Both the position numbers and the translations under genes were made by a program. 64,000 nt of DNA, taken from positions 484 to 64,483 of the forward strand of contig JAKACD010000005.1 in NCBI GenBank assembly GCA_021821785.1, read 5' to 3'. The notes under the pieces are model-generated. The model had not been told where the DNA came from. It saw nothing but the letters and a program-made list of their open reading frames with translations, and ran no database searches. How positions within the stretch are numbered: position 1 is the stretch's first letter; each line of letters begins with the position of its first letter. The DNA is from Thermoplasmata archaeon (GTDB taxonomy: Archaea; Thermoplasmatota; Thermoplasmata; Lutacidiplasmatales; UBA184). Positions 8,996 through 18,494 of the stretch are shown piece after piece.

Positions 8996-10226
8996 GCGCG
9001 CCCTCCGGCCGAAGGCTGGTTTCCCGGTACCGCAGGATCGTAAGCACGACCAGGGCGACCGCGATCGAGCCGAAGAAGAGGTAGAGCCCCGGGTTCCCGA
9101 AGTACGCGAAGAGCCCGGTGGAGGCGACGAGCCCGAGGACCATCCCCGCGCTGATGGAGAGAGAGTAGATCGCCATCGTCGTCGCGCGGCTGATCTCCAC
9201 GGAGAGGTCGGCGAGCGCTGCGAGCGCGGCCGGGCCGTAGGCGAGGGCGGCCGGGACGCTCACTCCAAGGCCGACCAGGATCTCGACCCGCGCTCCGAAG
9301 GCGACCACGAGCGAGGCGAAGATCATCAGCGAGGTGAAGCCGATGGCCCCGACCGTCATGAGCCGGGTCCGGCCCCAGCGATCGGAGAGCCGACCGAAGT
9401 ACGGCTGGGTGACCACGAGCAGTAGGCCCCCGACCGCGATCACGCCCGCGAGGAGCTCCGTCGGGACCCCCACGCCGCTCGCGGCGGAGCCGAGGAAGAT
9501 GAGCGCGGTGCCGATGAGCATGTAGATGACGAGCCAGGGGAGCGTGACGAGGAGGACGCTGCGCCGGAAGACGTGCCCAAGGACGTCGCGGAAGACGTAG
9601 TTCGCCCCCGCCGCGTGGGGGGGGAGGCCACGGGCAAGGGAGCGGGCCGAGAAGAGGCCGATCGCAAGCACGACGGCCCCGACCGCGAAGACGAACCAGA
9701 GCTCGGAGTTGGGGACCAGCCCGAGGGCGGCAAAGCCGAAGGCGAAGCCTCCGACCCAGCCGAAGAGGTTCATCGCATCGAAGCGGCCCATCTCGAACCC
9801 GCGCTCGTTGGCGCCCGACCAGTCTCCGATGAGCGCGAGGCTCGCGGCGAGGATCGCCCCGCTCGCCACCCCGAAGAGGAGATTGAGGGTGCCGAGGGCG
9901 AGCGGCCACCGGGTCGTGGCCTTCAGCGCGAAGATCACCGCGGACCCCCCGATGCCGGCGAACAGGACGGGGAATCGTCCGTAGCGGTCCGCAACGGCCC
10001 CCGAGAGCAGGACCGTTGCGAGCTCGCCCACGGGGGCCATGGCGCTGACGAGGCCGACGACCCCGACCTCCCCCTGGCCGATCCCGGCGGTCGAGCGGGT
10101 GATGTAGCTCGCGAAGACCGCGGTCGTGATCCCGAAGGCGAACCGAACGAAGAACGTCGACGAGAAGACCGCGAGGAAGGCCCGACGTCGGGACGATGCG
10201 GCCGCCGGTTCGAGCGCGCCGGACAC
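8976..10226 (-). CDS. MFS transporter
   Basis: About 12 TM; motif A copies GAVADRYGR and GRLSDRWGR; GTG start chosen to avoid overlap. Confidence 0.85.
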   Translation of the reverse strand: MSGALEPAAASSRRRAFLAVFSSTFFVRFAFGITTAVFASYITRSTAGIGQGEVGVVGLVSAMAPVGELATVLLSGAVADRYGRFPVLFAGIGGSAVIFALKATTRWPLALGTLNLLFGVASGAILAASLALIGDWSGANERGFEMGRFDAMNLFGWVGGFAFGFAALGLVPNSELWFVFAVGAVVLAIGLFSARSLARGLPPHAAGANYVFRDVLGHVFRRSVLLVTLPWLVIYMLIGTALIFLGSAASGVGVPTELLAGVIAVGGLLLVVTQPYFGRLSDRWGRTRLMTVGAIGFTSLMIFASLVVAFGARVEILVGLGVSVPAALAYGPAALAALADLSVEISRATTMAIYSLSISAGMVLGLVASTGLFAYFGNPGLYLFFGSIAVALVVLTILRYRETSLRPEGALRTPVR

Positions 10227-10236
10227 GATCGGTCCG

Positions 10237-10626
10237 TCAGGCCCCCACCGACGTGGGCTCAATGAGCTCGATCCAGACGTCGTTCGGGTCCAGCAGGAAC
10301 GCGATCCGGGACGACCCCCCCGAGAGGCGGTACGGTTCCTTCGCTACCCGGACGCCTTTCGCGCGAATGCGGGCGAGGAACCCATCCAGGTCCGGAACCT
10401 CGAAGGCGAGATGGTCGAGCTGCTCCCCCGCCTCGAACGACTCCTTCCCGTCCCAGTGCGTGAGCTCGATCCGGGCGCCCGAGGCCGGGTCGCGGACGAA
10501 CGCGATCTCCGCGTGGTTCTCCGGGATCGCGCGGCGGCGCTCGAACTCGAGACCGAGGACGTCCGTGTAGAACGCGAGGCTCTCGTCCATCCGTCGGACC
10601 GTGATCGAGGTATGCAGGAACTTCAT
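10237..10626 (-). CDS. VOC family protein (lactoylglutathione lyase-like)
   Basis: MKFLHTSITV...FYTDVLG, IELTHW, LDHLAFEV, DPNDVWIELIE. Confidence 0.88.
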   Translation of the reverse strand: MKFLHTSITVRRMDESLAFYTDVLGLEFERRRAIPENHAEIAFVRDPASGARIELTHWDGKESFEAGEQLDHLAFEVPDLDGFLARIRAKGVRVAKEPYRLSGGSSRIAFLLDPNDVWIELIEPTSVGA

Positions 10627-10685
10627 CCCTTCTCTCCTCCGCCTTCTCGGGAGCGGTTCCCGAGCCTACTAACGTTTCGCCCGGG

Positions 10686-12416
10686 CTAGGGGTGGCCGTA
10701 GACGACCTTGAGCGGGCCCGCAACGGCCGCGCCGCCGTCCTCGACGCGCACGAAACCGACCCGCTCGAACTGGAAGGTCTCCCGGGGCCGTGCGGCCCGG
10801 AGCGCGGACTCCCCGATCCCGGCCGTGCGCTGGCCATCGATGCCGAGGAGGTCGACCGCCACCGCCTCCCGCTCGCCCACCCACTGGAGGCGGGGGAGCT
10901 TGCGGTTCTCCCGGCTCGTGAACGTGGCGCTCAGAGTCTTGCCCGGCCCCGGCCGCTCCGTCGGGAGCGAGATGTTCACGAGGTCCTTCAACCGAACCTC
11001 TTGTCCCGCGAACCGCTCCACGTCGCCCCGCGCGAGGTAGAACGTCGGACCGGCGAAGGCGGTGCGCACGCCCAGCTCCGCCCGGTCGGGGTGGTTCGGC
11101 AGCGCGACCGAGGCGAGGTCGAACGGGTAGCCCTCGACCGCGACGTGGACCGGGTCCGCGACGAACGAGCGGCGGGCCGTCGTCGCGTCGATCAGCTTGC
11201 GGTTCTCCGCATAGAGCGTCTCGGCCGGGACCTCGATGTCGGCGAGGGACAGTCCGAACGAGAGGGTGAACTCGCGCAGCGCGGCCATCGAGATCCCCCG
11301 CCGGTCGAGCGAGCGGAGCGACCAGGTCCGGGGGTCCGCCCATCCGTCGTACTGCCCGGACTTGACCTCGGCGTACGACTTGCTCTTCGAGACCTTCGCC
11401 TCGCGCACGCGCAGGAGCCCCCAGTGGAGGAACGGCGGCGCCCGGATCCCGAGAAGCTGCCAGATGTACTGCTGCATGCGGTCCTCCATCACGAGGTCCT
11501 TGCCCCGGAGGACGTGCGTGATCCCGAGCTCGATGTCGTCCACCGCCCAGGAGAATTCGAGGAGCGGCCAGACCCGGTAGGTGTGGCCGACGCGGGGATG
11601 ATCCTGCTCGCTGATGCGGAAGAGGACCCGGTCGCGGAAGGCGGGGTCGGGGTCGGTGAGGCTCGTCCGCAGCCGAAGGACCGCTTCCCCCTCCGCGTAC
11701 CCGCCGCTCAGCATCTTCTCCCACTCCGCCAGGGTCTCGGCGACGGTCTGGGCGCGCTCGGGGCACGCCCGTCCCGCGGCCCGGTTCTCCCGCAGGATCT
11801 CGGCCGGGCAGCGACAGACGTAGGCGCCCCCCTTCTCGATCACTCGGACGGCCCAGGGGTAATGGCGCCCGATGCGGTCCGACTTGTAGTAGACCGCATC
11901 CGGGCGGATCCCCGCGAGCTCGAGGTCGCCGAGGATCAGGTCGAAGAACTCCGTCTCGACCCGCTTCGTCTCCGAGCCGATCGTGTCATCGAAGACAAGC
12001 AGAAGGCGGCCGTGGTACCGCTCCCGGTAGTACTGGTTCACGAAGAGCATCCGGCCGTTCCCGATGTGGAGGGCGCCGCTGGGGAACGGGGCCATCCGCA
12101 GGACGACCTGGCCCGGCACCGCGCCGAGGAGCTCGGGGAACCCCTCGGGCGCCGACCGGCTCCCCTTCGGACGCTCGGGCTCGGGTCCGCCGAGCGCCGC
12201 GAGGCGGTCGTCGAGCTCCGCGACGGGGAGGCTCCGGATCTCAGCCACGATCGAAGAGACGAGCGCGCGGAGCTCCGCGGCCTGGGGGCGGAGGGCTGGC
12301 TCGGTCGCGAGGAGTCGGGAGAGTACGGGGCCAGTCTGAGCCTCGCCGTCGTGCGCGACGGCGTTCTCCAGGGCCAGGCGACGCACCCGCCGCTCGGTCT
12401 CGGGGGGAAGCACCAC
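10686..12416 (-). CDS. gltX: Glutamate--tRNA ligase, archaeal type
   Basis: Archaeal N-terminus (ALENAVAHDG), RMAPFPSGALHIGN (HIGH), THVLRGKD, VSKS, GWADPR, FQFERVGF. Confidence 0.95.
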   Translation of the reverse strand: MVLPPETERRVRRLALENAVAHDGEAQTGPVLSRLLATEPALRPQAAELRALVSSIVAEIRSLPVAELDDRLAALGGPEPERPKGSRSAPEGFPELLGAVPGQVVLRMAPFPSGALHIGNGRMLFVNQYYRERYHGRLLLVFDDTIGSETKRVETEFFDLILGDLELAGIRPDAVYYKSDRIGRHYPWAVRVIEKGGAYVCRCPAEILRENRAAGRACPERAQTVAETLAEWEKMLSGGYAEGEAVLRLRTSLTDPDPAFRDRVLFRISEQDHPRVGHTYRVWPLLEFSWAVDDIELGITHVLRGKDLVMEDRMQQYIWQLLGIRAPPFLHWGLLRVREAKVSKSKSYAEVKSGQYDGWADPRTWSLRSLDRRGISMAALREFTLSFGLSLADIEVPAETLYAENRKLIDATTARRSFVADPVHVAVEGYPFDLASVALPNHPDRAELGVRTAFAGPTFYLARGDVERFAGQEVRLKDLVNISLPTERPGPGKTLSATFTSRENRKLPRLQWVGEREAVAVDLLGIDGQRTAGIGESALRAARPRETFQFERVGFVRVEDGGAAVAGPLKVVYGHP

Positions 12417-12438
12417 GGGTCGGCGACCCCGGCTCGGA

Positions 12439-13278
12439 TTATAGCGGTTCGTGCCGGTGCGCCCGACGGCCCGGGGTGGGGGCCGGTGGGAGCAGGCGGG
12501 CCGTCGCCTCGTCGAGCGCCTCGGCCAGGGTGATCTCCCCGCGAAGGACGCGGTGGGCCGACGAACGGGAGATCGTCACCCGCCCGCCGCTTCCCTCTCG
12601 GCTTAACCGTTGCAGGTTCGACACCTCGCCCGGGGTGATCGTTATCTCGAGCGGCGCCCGAACCGAGTGGCCCGGGGTCTGCGCGATCGAGCGGGCCGCC
12701 AGCGCGTCCCGCGGCCGCCGGTGGCCCCGAGGGGTGGTCCCCTGCTCGTCGACGAGCTCGACCGAGCGCTGATGCTCAAGAAGCGCGTTCACGATCCGGT
12801 TGCGCGCGGAGGGGTCTCCGGCACCGACCCGGAAGAGGACGTGGCGGGAGGCAAAGCGGTGGCGCAGATGGCTCGCGAACGGCTCGGCCGCCTCCGGCGA
12901 CTCGAGGATCCCCTCCCCAAGCACGCTCGCGCCGGCCAGGACGGAATAGCCCGGTCGAGGCCCGGGGTCGATCCCGACGATGATCCCCTCCTGGGAATTC
13001 CCTGACTCGAGCGCATGGCGCACGGCGGCCGCGAGCGCCCGGCGGTCGAACTCCTCTCCGACGACCAGGATGTTCGGGTGACTGATGAGGGCGGCCTCGG
13101 CGGGCGAGGTGAGCACGACCGCGACCCGGTCCGGAATCCGTTCCCCCGGTAGCAGGCTCAGGGTCGGCCACCGTCGCTCCCTCAGGAAACCCGCGAGCTC
13201 ATGGTAGAGCGCGGGGTCTCTAGTGACGAGTGCGACCGACCGGGTTCTCACCGTACACCTGACGGTGATATACGCCAT
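12439..13278 (-). CDS. Conserved archaeal hypothetical protein with RNase H-fold (YqgF/RuvC-like) motifs
   Basis: IVGIDPG, RVGAG, LVDEQGTT and DALAARSIA acidic motifs; start taken at MAYITVRC. Confidence 0.6.
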   Translation of the reverse strand: MAYITVRCTVRTRSVALVTRDPALYHELAGFLRERRWPTLSLLPGERIPDRVAVVLTSPAEAALISHPNILVVGEEFDRRALAAAVRHALESGNSQEGIIVGIDPGPRPGYSVLAGASVLGEGILESPEAAEPFASHLRHRFASRHVLFRVGAGDPSARNRIVNALLEHQRSVELVDEQGTTPRGHRRPRDALAARSIAQTPGHSVRAPLEITITPGEVSNLQRLSREGSGGRVTISRSSAHRVLRGEITLAEALDEATARLLPPAPTPGRRAHRHEPL

Positions 13279-13296
13279 TAACCTTGCCCCCCGGCG

Positions 13297-13680
13297 ATGC
13301 CGGTCTGCCTGCACTGCGGCGAGCTCGGCCCGGAGGGGGCGCTCTTCTGCCCCAAATGCGGCTACACCCTCCCCCAGGTCGAATCCACTCCCGCGGCTCC
13401 GGCGACCCCGCCGGCGGGGAGCTCCTCCTCCGCACCGCACCCTCCTCCGGGGGTCATCGCGCCGTCCCCCACGGTCTCGCGCTCCCCTTCGGTGCCCCCG
13501 CCGGGGGTCCCGTACTTCTACCCCGCCGGGGGTCCTCCGGTGGCGTACCTGGCCCCGCTCCCCGCCGGCGCGAGCGGCCCGATCCCCCCTCCCCCGGGGG
13601 GTAAGTACTGCACCCGGTGCCGAACTGTCATCTCCTTCGCCGCGGTCTATTGCCCGGTATGCCAGCAGCCCCAACCGTGA
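13297..13680 (+). CDS. Double zinc-ribbon protein with Pro-rich linker
   Basis: CLHC...CPKC at the N-terminus and CTRC...CPVC at the C-terminus. Confidence 0.8.
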   Translation: MPVCLHCGELGPEGALFCPKCGYTLPQVESTPAAPATPPAGSSSSAPHPPPGVIAPSPTVSRSPSVPPPGVPYFYPAGGPPVAYLAPLPAGASGPIPPPPGGKYCTRCRTVISFAAVYCPVCQQPQP

Positions 13681-14129
13681 GACGGAGCGGCCGGCGCGGC
13701 CGTCGAACGGGCGCGATGGTTCGCATCGCCCAGGAGCGGGTCACCGATCTCTTTGGGCTGGCCCAGCGGGCGGCCCCGGGGGACCACCCCGAGCTCGCCG
13801 ACCGGTACGTTCGGCTCGCCCGGCGGATCGGGATGCGCTACAACGTCCGGCTCCTGCCCGAGTTCCGCGAGCTCTACTGTCGGAGCTGCTCCACTTTCTG
13901 GGTCGAGGGCCGGACGGTTCGCACCCGACTCCGAGACGGCCATCGCGTGAGGACCTGTCTCAACTGCGGGCGGGTCCGCCGGACCCGGGTCGGCCGTTCG
14001 GTTCCGAAAGGACCCGGTGGGATCGAGGCGGACCTGCGTCCTCTCCTTCGGGATGAGGGCGCGCTCATCGACTTTCCTTCGGAGCCACCGAGGGAGGAAC
14101 CTTCCGACGAGGAGACGGAAGAACCATAA
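13677..14129 (+). CDS. rnp4: Ribonuclease P protein component 4 (Rpp21/Rpr2)
   Basis: IAQERVTDLF, LADRYVRLARRIGMRYNVRL, CRSC and CLNCG motifs; GTGA overlap with the upstream gene. Confidence 0.9.
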   Translation: MRRSGRRGRRTGAMVRIAQERVTDLFGLAQRAAPGDHPELADRYVRLARRIGMRYNVRLLPEFRELYCRSCSTFWVEGRTVRTRLRDGHRVRTCLNCGRVRRTRVGRSVPKGPGGIEADLRPLLRDEGALIDFPSEPPREEPSDEETEEP

Positions 14130-14155
14130 GCACCGGTCTCCCCTCGACCCGGTGC

Positions 14156-14238
14156 GCCGGGGTGGCCGAGCGGCCAAAGGCGGCAGACTCAAGATCTGCT
14201 CTCGCAGGAGTTCCCAGGTTCGAATCCTGGCCCCGGCA
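14156..14238 (+). tRNA. tRNA-Leu (anticodon CAA), no intron
   Basis: GCCGGGG/CCCCGGC acceptor stem, GCAGA-CTCAAGA-TCTGC, long variable arm, CCAGG-TTCGAAT-CCTGG. Confidence 0.96.
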
Positions 14239-14400
14239 TGCAGGGTGTCCCGGCCGGTCCGGTTCTGGCAGAGTGCGCTGTCGCAACTTTCGTGATCGAG
14301 GGCCATGAATGGACTTCCCCCGGATTGGGCGGAAGGCAGTCTCCTCCTCGGCCCGGCGGCGATTACAAAGTGCTAAAATCAAACCACGGGATTGAGGGCC

Positions 14401-15525
14401 ATGACAGGGCAAGACTCGGCCGATACATCTTCGGTCGAATCGTGGGTCGTCTCGGCGGGGCGGGACCGACGTCCGGGTTCACCCCTGAACGTGCCGCCTT
14501 GGCCTGCGTCGAACTTCGTGCTGGGCGAGGGCCGCTCGTATGCCCGCGACGACGGCACCCCCGGTTGGGCGGCCCTGGAAACGATCGTCGGCGGCCTCGA
14601 AGGTGGCTCCGCGATCTCCTTCGCCTCCGGCATGGCAGGCATCGCGGCGATATTCAACCAGCTTCCTTCGGGCTCCGTGGTGGCCCTGCCGGACGACTGC
14701 TACCACGGCGTGGCGGAGCTCGCCCACGCCGGAGAGCGCCGAGGCCGATGGACCGTGCATCGCCTCGCCGTGATCGACACTCCGGCCTGGGTCAAGGTGT
14801 GCGGCGAGGCCGACCTGGTCTGGTTGGAGTCGCCTTCGAACCCGCTGCTCACCGTGGCTGACCTGGACGTCATCTGCGCCGCACCGCGGAAGCGCGGCGC
14901 GATCCTGGGGGTGGACAACACTTTCGCTACGCCGCTCAACCAGCGTCCGCTGGCGCTCGGGGCCGATGTATCGGTCCAATCGGTTACGAAGTTCATCGGT
15001 GGACACTCGGACCTCCTTGGCGGGGTCATCACCGTGCGCGACGAGAACCTCTTCGCGGCGTTGCGACGCTCTCGGGAGCTTACGGGGGCCACCCCCGGCA
15101 CGCTCGAGACATTCCTCGCCGTCCGCGGGGCGAGGACGCTCGCCGTGCGGCTGGAGCGGGCGCAGCGCAACGCGATGGCCCTGGCCGAGCGCCTCTCACG
15201 CCATCCCAAGGTCACTCTGACGCGCTATCCGGGACTGGCGAGCCACCCGACTCACGCCGCCGCGAAACGCCAACTCAAGGGCTTCGGCACGATCATCTCG
15301 TTCGACGTACGGGGCGCGGCGTCGGCCGCGGACGCGGTCTGCACCGGACTCCAGCTCATCCAGCACGCCACCAGCCTGGGCGCGGTCGAGTCCACCATCG
15401 AGCGCCGGGCCAGCGTTTCGGGGCAGGAGCACCTCCCGCCGACGCTCCTGCGGCTGAGCGTGGGAATCGAGAATGTCGAGGACCTTTGGACCGACCTGGA
15501 CCGCGCGCTTCGCAATGTGCCGTAG
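14401..15525 (+). CDS. Trans-sulfuration PLP enzyme (cystathionine gamma-synthase/lyase family)
   Basis: FASGMAG, WLESPSNP, VDNTFATP, SVTKFIGGHSD (PLP Lys), TSLGAVES, LRLSVGIE. Confidence 0.9.
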   Translation: MTGQDSADTSSVESWVVSAGRDRRPGSPLNVPPWPASNFVLGEGRSYARDDGTPGWAALETIVGGLEGGSAISFASGMAGIAAIFNQLPSGSVVALPDDCYHGVAELAHAGERRGRWTVHRLAVIDTPAWVKVCGEADLVWLESPSNPLLTVADLDVICAAPRKRGAILGVDNTFATPLNQRPLALGADVSVQSVTKFIGGHSDLLGGVITVRDENLFAALRRSRELTGATPGTLETFLAVRGARTLAVRLERAQRNAMALAERLSRHPKVTLTRYPGLASHPTHAAAKRQLKGFGTIISFDVRGAASAADAVCTGLQLIQHATSLGAVESTIERRASVSGQEHLPPTLLRLSVGIENVEDLWTDLDRALRNVP

Positions 15526-15671
15526 GTCCAGGACGGGTTCTACGCGCGGATCTCGCTGCGCGAAAGATTCCCTCTACCCGGATCGCGGAAGGCCGTCGAT
15601 CGAGGTCCCGCGGTTCGGGACGCCCGGACCTCCGCGTCCGAGTTCGGGGCGTGCGGCTTCGCGCCGCGTCC

Positions 15672-16457
15672 CTATCCGGTAAGGGAGTCAGTGACGACCT
15701 TCGCTTCCGCGCGGCGGAGTAGCTCGGCCACCGTGCTTCGGCTCACGCCGAGGGCGCGGCTCACATCGGAGAGCCGACCCTTCCGGGGAAACGCGTAGTA
15801 TCCCAGGCTCTGCGCCGTCTCGAGGGCGCGGGACTGGCGCTCCGTCATTCCCTTCGAGGGACGGAACGCGCGCATCGGCACGACCTCGCCCCGTGCGGTC
15901 CCGCCCGTCGCGCCGAACGACCGGAGGACCTGCTGCGCGACCGGTCCTTTCGGGAGGACCACCGTCCAGGGTGGCATGCCGGGGGCCGTGCCGGCGAGGA
16001 AGCGGCAGGAGGTGCAGAACGCACCCTCGGAGATCAACCGGGTGCACACCGGGTTCGCCTTCTCCACGGTCCGAGCGAAGAGCTTCGTCGGACCGGCCCG
16101 GACCATCGACAGCTGCCGCAGCTCGGGTCGGTGACGCAGGAAGCGCTCGACCGACGGCATCGCCTCCGGGCGGACCGAGATCTCCGAGACCTGGAGGAGC
16201 CGCCTTCCGTCCCGACCGATCGTACGGCAGCTTCGGAGGCGGATCCGCGCGTCCCATCGGCTCACGAGTTCTCGGGCCCAGTGAGGGTCCCCGGGGTTCG
16301 GGAGGCGGAACTCGAGGAGGGGCGGCTCCCCGCGATGCGCGACCGAAGGACCCGGGGACGGCCGGCCCTCCCGTCGGGACGGCCGCGCGGGCCGTGCACG
16401 GGCGACGGAGCCGCTCGATCGGCGGCCGAGTTGGCGCCTCACGCCCGCCGGCGACAC
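15672..16457 (-). CDS. HTH_10 (bacterio-opsin activator-type) transcriptional regulator with Cys-containing N-terminal domain
   Basis: C-terminal MTERQSRALETAQSLGYYAFPRKGRLSDVSRALGVSRSTVAELLRRAEAK; start uncertain. Confidence 0.82.
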   Translation of the reverse strand: MSPAGVRRQLGRRSSGSVARARPARPSRREGRPSPGPSVAHRGEPPLLEFRLPNPGDPHWARELVSRWDARIRLRSCRTIGRDGRRLLQVSEISVRPEAMPSVERFLRHRPELRQLSMVRAGPTKLFARTVEKANPVCTRLISEGAFCTSCRFLAGTAPGMPPWTVVLPKGPVAQQVLRSFGATGGTARGEVVPMRAFRPSKGMTERQSRALETAQSLGYYAFPRKGRLSDVSRALGVSRSTVAELLRRAEAKVVTDSLTG

Positions 16458-16555
16458 GGCCCCCCGTCAAGAACCCACCGTCGAATCGTTCGAACGAAGC
16501 GTGACGTCTCCGCCGCCGGGCCGTACTCGCGGGGGGTGAACTGTCCCATGGGGCG

Positions 16556-16975
16556 TTACGGCGCGGGAGCGTCTTCGAGCGGGAACGTTCGCGTGAGCGC
16601 GGCGCTCGGAGACGACCGCTTCCGCTTCGAGCGTCGCGGCAGGACCCCCTTTTCCACCGGCGCGGCCAAGGTCTTCTTCGAAGCGCTCGCGACGGAGATG
16701 AACCGGGTCTTCCCCGAAGCCACGGCGGCGGTCACCACCTTCTCCGCCAGCACCGGGTCGCCCCCCAGGTCCTGGGCCCACTCCCGGGCACGCCGACGCA
16801 CCCGCTCCTCCTGTCCTACATCGAGGAGGGGAAGCGATCGACGCTGCTTCCGTTCGAGCAGCTCCCACTGGGCCCGCTCGCGGGCGGCGAGGGCACGGAC
16901 GAGCGAGCGATCGATCCGAGCCAGGCGGCGGCGCAGCCGCCGGACGGTCGGGTCCGTGGGCTCTCCAGAACGCAT
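16556..16975 (-). CDS. Chorismate mutase type II (AroQ-like) domain protein
   Basis: LRRRLARIDRSLVRALAARE...RKQRRSLPLLDVGQEERV pattern. Confidence 0.75.
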   Translation of the reverse strand: MRSGEPTDPTVRRLRRRLARIDRSLVRALAARERAQWELLERKQRRSLPLLDVGQEERVRRRAREWAQDLGGDPVLAEKVVTAAVASGKTRFISVASASKKTLAAPVEKGVLPRRSKRKRSSPSAALTRTFPLEDAPAP

Positions 16976-17061
16976 CGGTTCGACAGCCTCCGAGAGAGCA
17001 TAGGCAGAAGCCCGTACAGGTACGGGTGTCTCCTTACGCCTCAGTCGGGCTCTTCAGGGCG

Positions 17062-18291
17062 ATGGAGCTCGTACTGGCTTCGAACTTCGACGATGCGCTG
17101 ATCCAGGGGACCGCCGCGTTGCCGGTCTCTACCTTCTTCGGGAACTTCCCGGTGGGTCTCACCGGGGGAGGACGGCCTCCCCACATCTTGCCCCAGATCG
17201 ACGATGAGCGCTTCCGCGCCCACGTGCGGACGATCCACGCGCAGGGCCGGAAGTTCTTCGCGACCCTGAACTCGAACGACCTTGGCCTCAAGGAGTACAC
17301 TCCGGGGTTCGAGCGCGCGTTCTTGGACGAGGTCGGCCGGCTCCTCGACCTCGGGGTCGACGGCTTCGTGGTCGCCGTGCCCCTCTTGATCGAGATGATC
17401 CACCGGGCCTATCCCGAGGTTCCGATCTCGGTCTCGACGTTCGCCCGGATCCGGACGGTCACCCAGGGCGAGTTTTTCCTCCGCCTTGGCGCGAGCATCC
17501 TCGTGATCGAGGAAGCGAACCGGGATTTCGCGCTCCTGCGGGGGCTCGTCCGCCGCGGCGCGTCGGTCGAGATCCTGGTGAACCAGACCTGCCTTCAGGG
17601 CTGCCCGTTCCGGGGCCACCACCTCAACACGAGCTCGCTCGCCTCGCAGCCGGGGCAACCTTGCCCGGCCCTCGAGTATCCGATCGCCGAATGCGGATGG
17701 GAGATGGTCCAGGATCCGCGACGGCTGGTCGGCGCGATCTACGTCCGCCCCGAGGACCTCGAAGTGTACGAGGACATCGGGATCTCCCGGTTCAAGGTCT
17801 CCGGGCGCAACAAACCGACCAGCTGGCTCGTGCGGGCCGCGAGCGCCTACGCGCACCGCACCTATTCGGGAGACCTCCTCGACATTCTGAGCTACGTTCA
17901 GGTGCGCGCGCCGCTCCATTACCTGCGATCGATCACTCCTCCCGCGAGCGCGCCGGCGGAGGAGGTCGTCGAGCTCCGCGACGCGTACGGACGCCTCGGG
18001 GAGGTGTCGATCGACAACCGGGCCTATCCCAAGGGATTCCTGCGTCGCATCGCCGCCACCGACTGCGAGCACACGTCGTGCGACGAGTGCGGGTACTGCG
18101 GCACGGTGGCGCAGAAGGTGCTTCGCATCGGAGGAAAGCCGCTCTCCGAGTACCGCCCCCCTACCCGCATCCCGCCGCTCGCGGTGCTCTCCCGGATCGA
18201 GAACGTACCTCCGAACGGGGTTCCGCGCGCTTCGGACGAGACCGGGACCACCGGGGTGGCGCGCGCCGCTCCCGTGCACTCCGCGCACTGA
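17062..18291 (+). CDS. U32 peptidase-family Fe-S protein (putative O2-independent hydroxylase)
   Basis: GGGR, LGVDGFVVA, ISVSTFA, NQTCLQGCPFRGHH, FKVSGR and C-terminal CEHTSCDECGYC. Confidence 0.85.
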   Translation: MELVLASNFDDALIQGTAALPVSTFFGNFPVGLTGGGRPPHILPQIDDERFRAHVRTIHAQGRKFFATLNSNDLGLKEYTPGFERAFLDEVGRLLDLGVDGFVVAVPLLIEMIHRAYPEVPISVSTFARIRTVTQGEFFLRLGASILVIEEANRDFALLRGLVRRGASVEILVNQTCLQGCPFRGHHLNTSSLASQPGQPCPALEYPIAECGWEMVQDPRRLVGAIYVRPEDLEVYEDIGISRFKVSGRNKPTSWLVRAASAYAHRTYSGDLLDILSYVQVRAPLHYLRSITPPASAPAEEVVELRDAYGRLGEVSIDNRAYPKGFLRRIAATDCEHTSCDECGYCGTVAQKVLRIGGKPLSEYRPPTRIPPLAVLSRIENVPPNGVPRASDETGTTGVARAAPVHSAH

Positions 18292-18443
18292 GCGCGTCGA
18301 ACGGTCGCATCGGGCCCCGCCCCGAACTCACCCACAGAATTCGTGGGGGGATCCACAGCCGCCCGCCGTTCGCCGGAACGGCGCGGTTGAGCCATGCAAG
18401 CAATCCCCCCGGTGTCTCGCCGGAAGAAGGGCCGAACGGCGCC

Positions 18444-18494
18444 TTACTTCTTCTTCCCCTTCTTCCCCTTCTTTCCCTTCTTGGCCTTGGGCAT
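18444..18494 (-). CDS. 16-aa basic micro-protein MPKAKKGKKGKKGKKK
   Basis: ATG...TAA with GGAGGT 9 nt upstream and an AT-rich promoter-like tract further upstream; not in the ORF track. Confidence 0.6.
   Translation of the reverse strand: MPKAKKGKKGKKGKKK

Noticed and set aside
10692-12533. Long antisense and alternative-frame ORFs (for example 613 aa opposite gltX, 551 aa at 20877, 526 aa at 50752)
   Set aside because: Shadow ORFs expected in high-GC DNA; Arg/Pro/Gly-rich with no motifs, overlapping well-supported genes
14156-15525. Possible island integrated at tRNA-Leu(CAA), since a bacterial-looking trans-sulfuration gene follows it
   Set aside because: No integrase and no duplicated tRNA 3' end was spotted in the window
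18447-18482. CRISPR or satellite interpretation of the (CCCTTCTTC)-like repeat
   Set aside because: Only three to four 9-bp units without spacers; better explained as KKG codons. No CRISPR array was seen anywhere in the window
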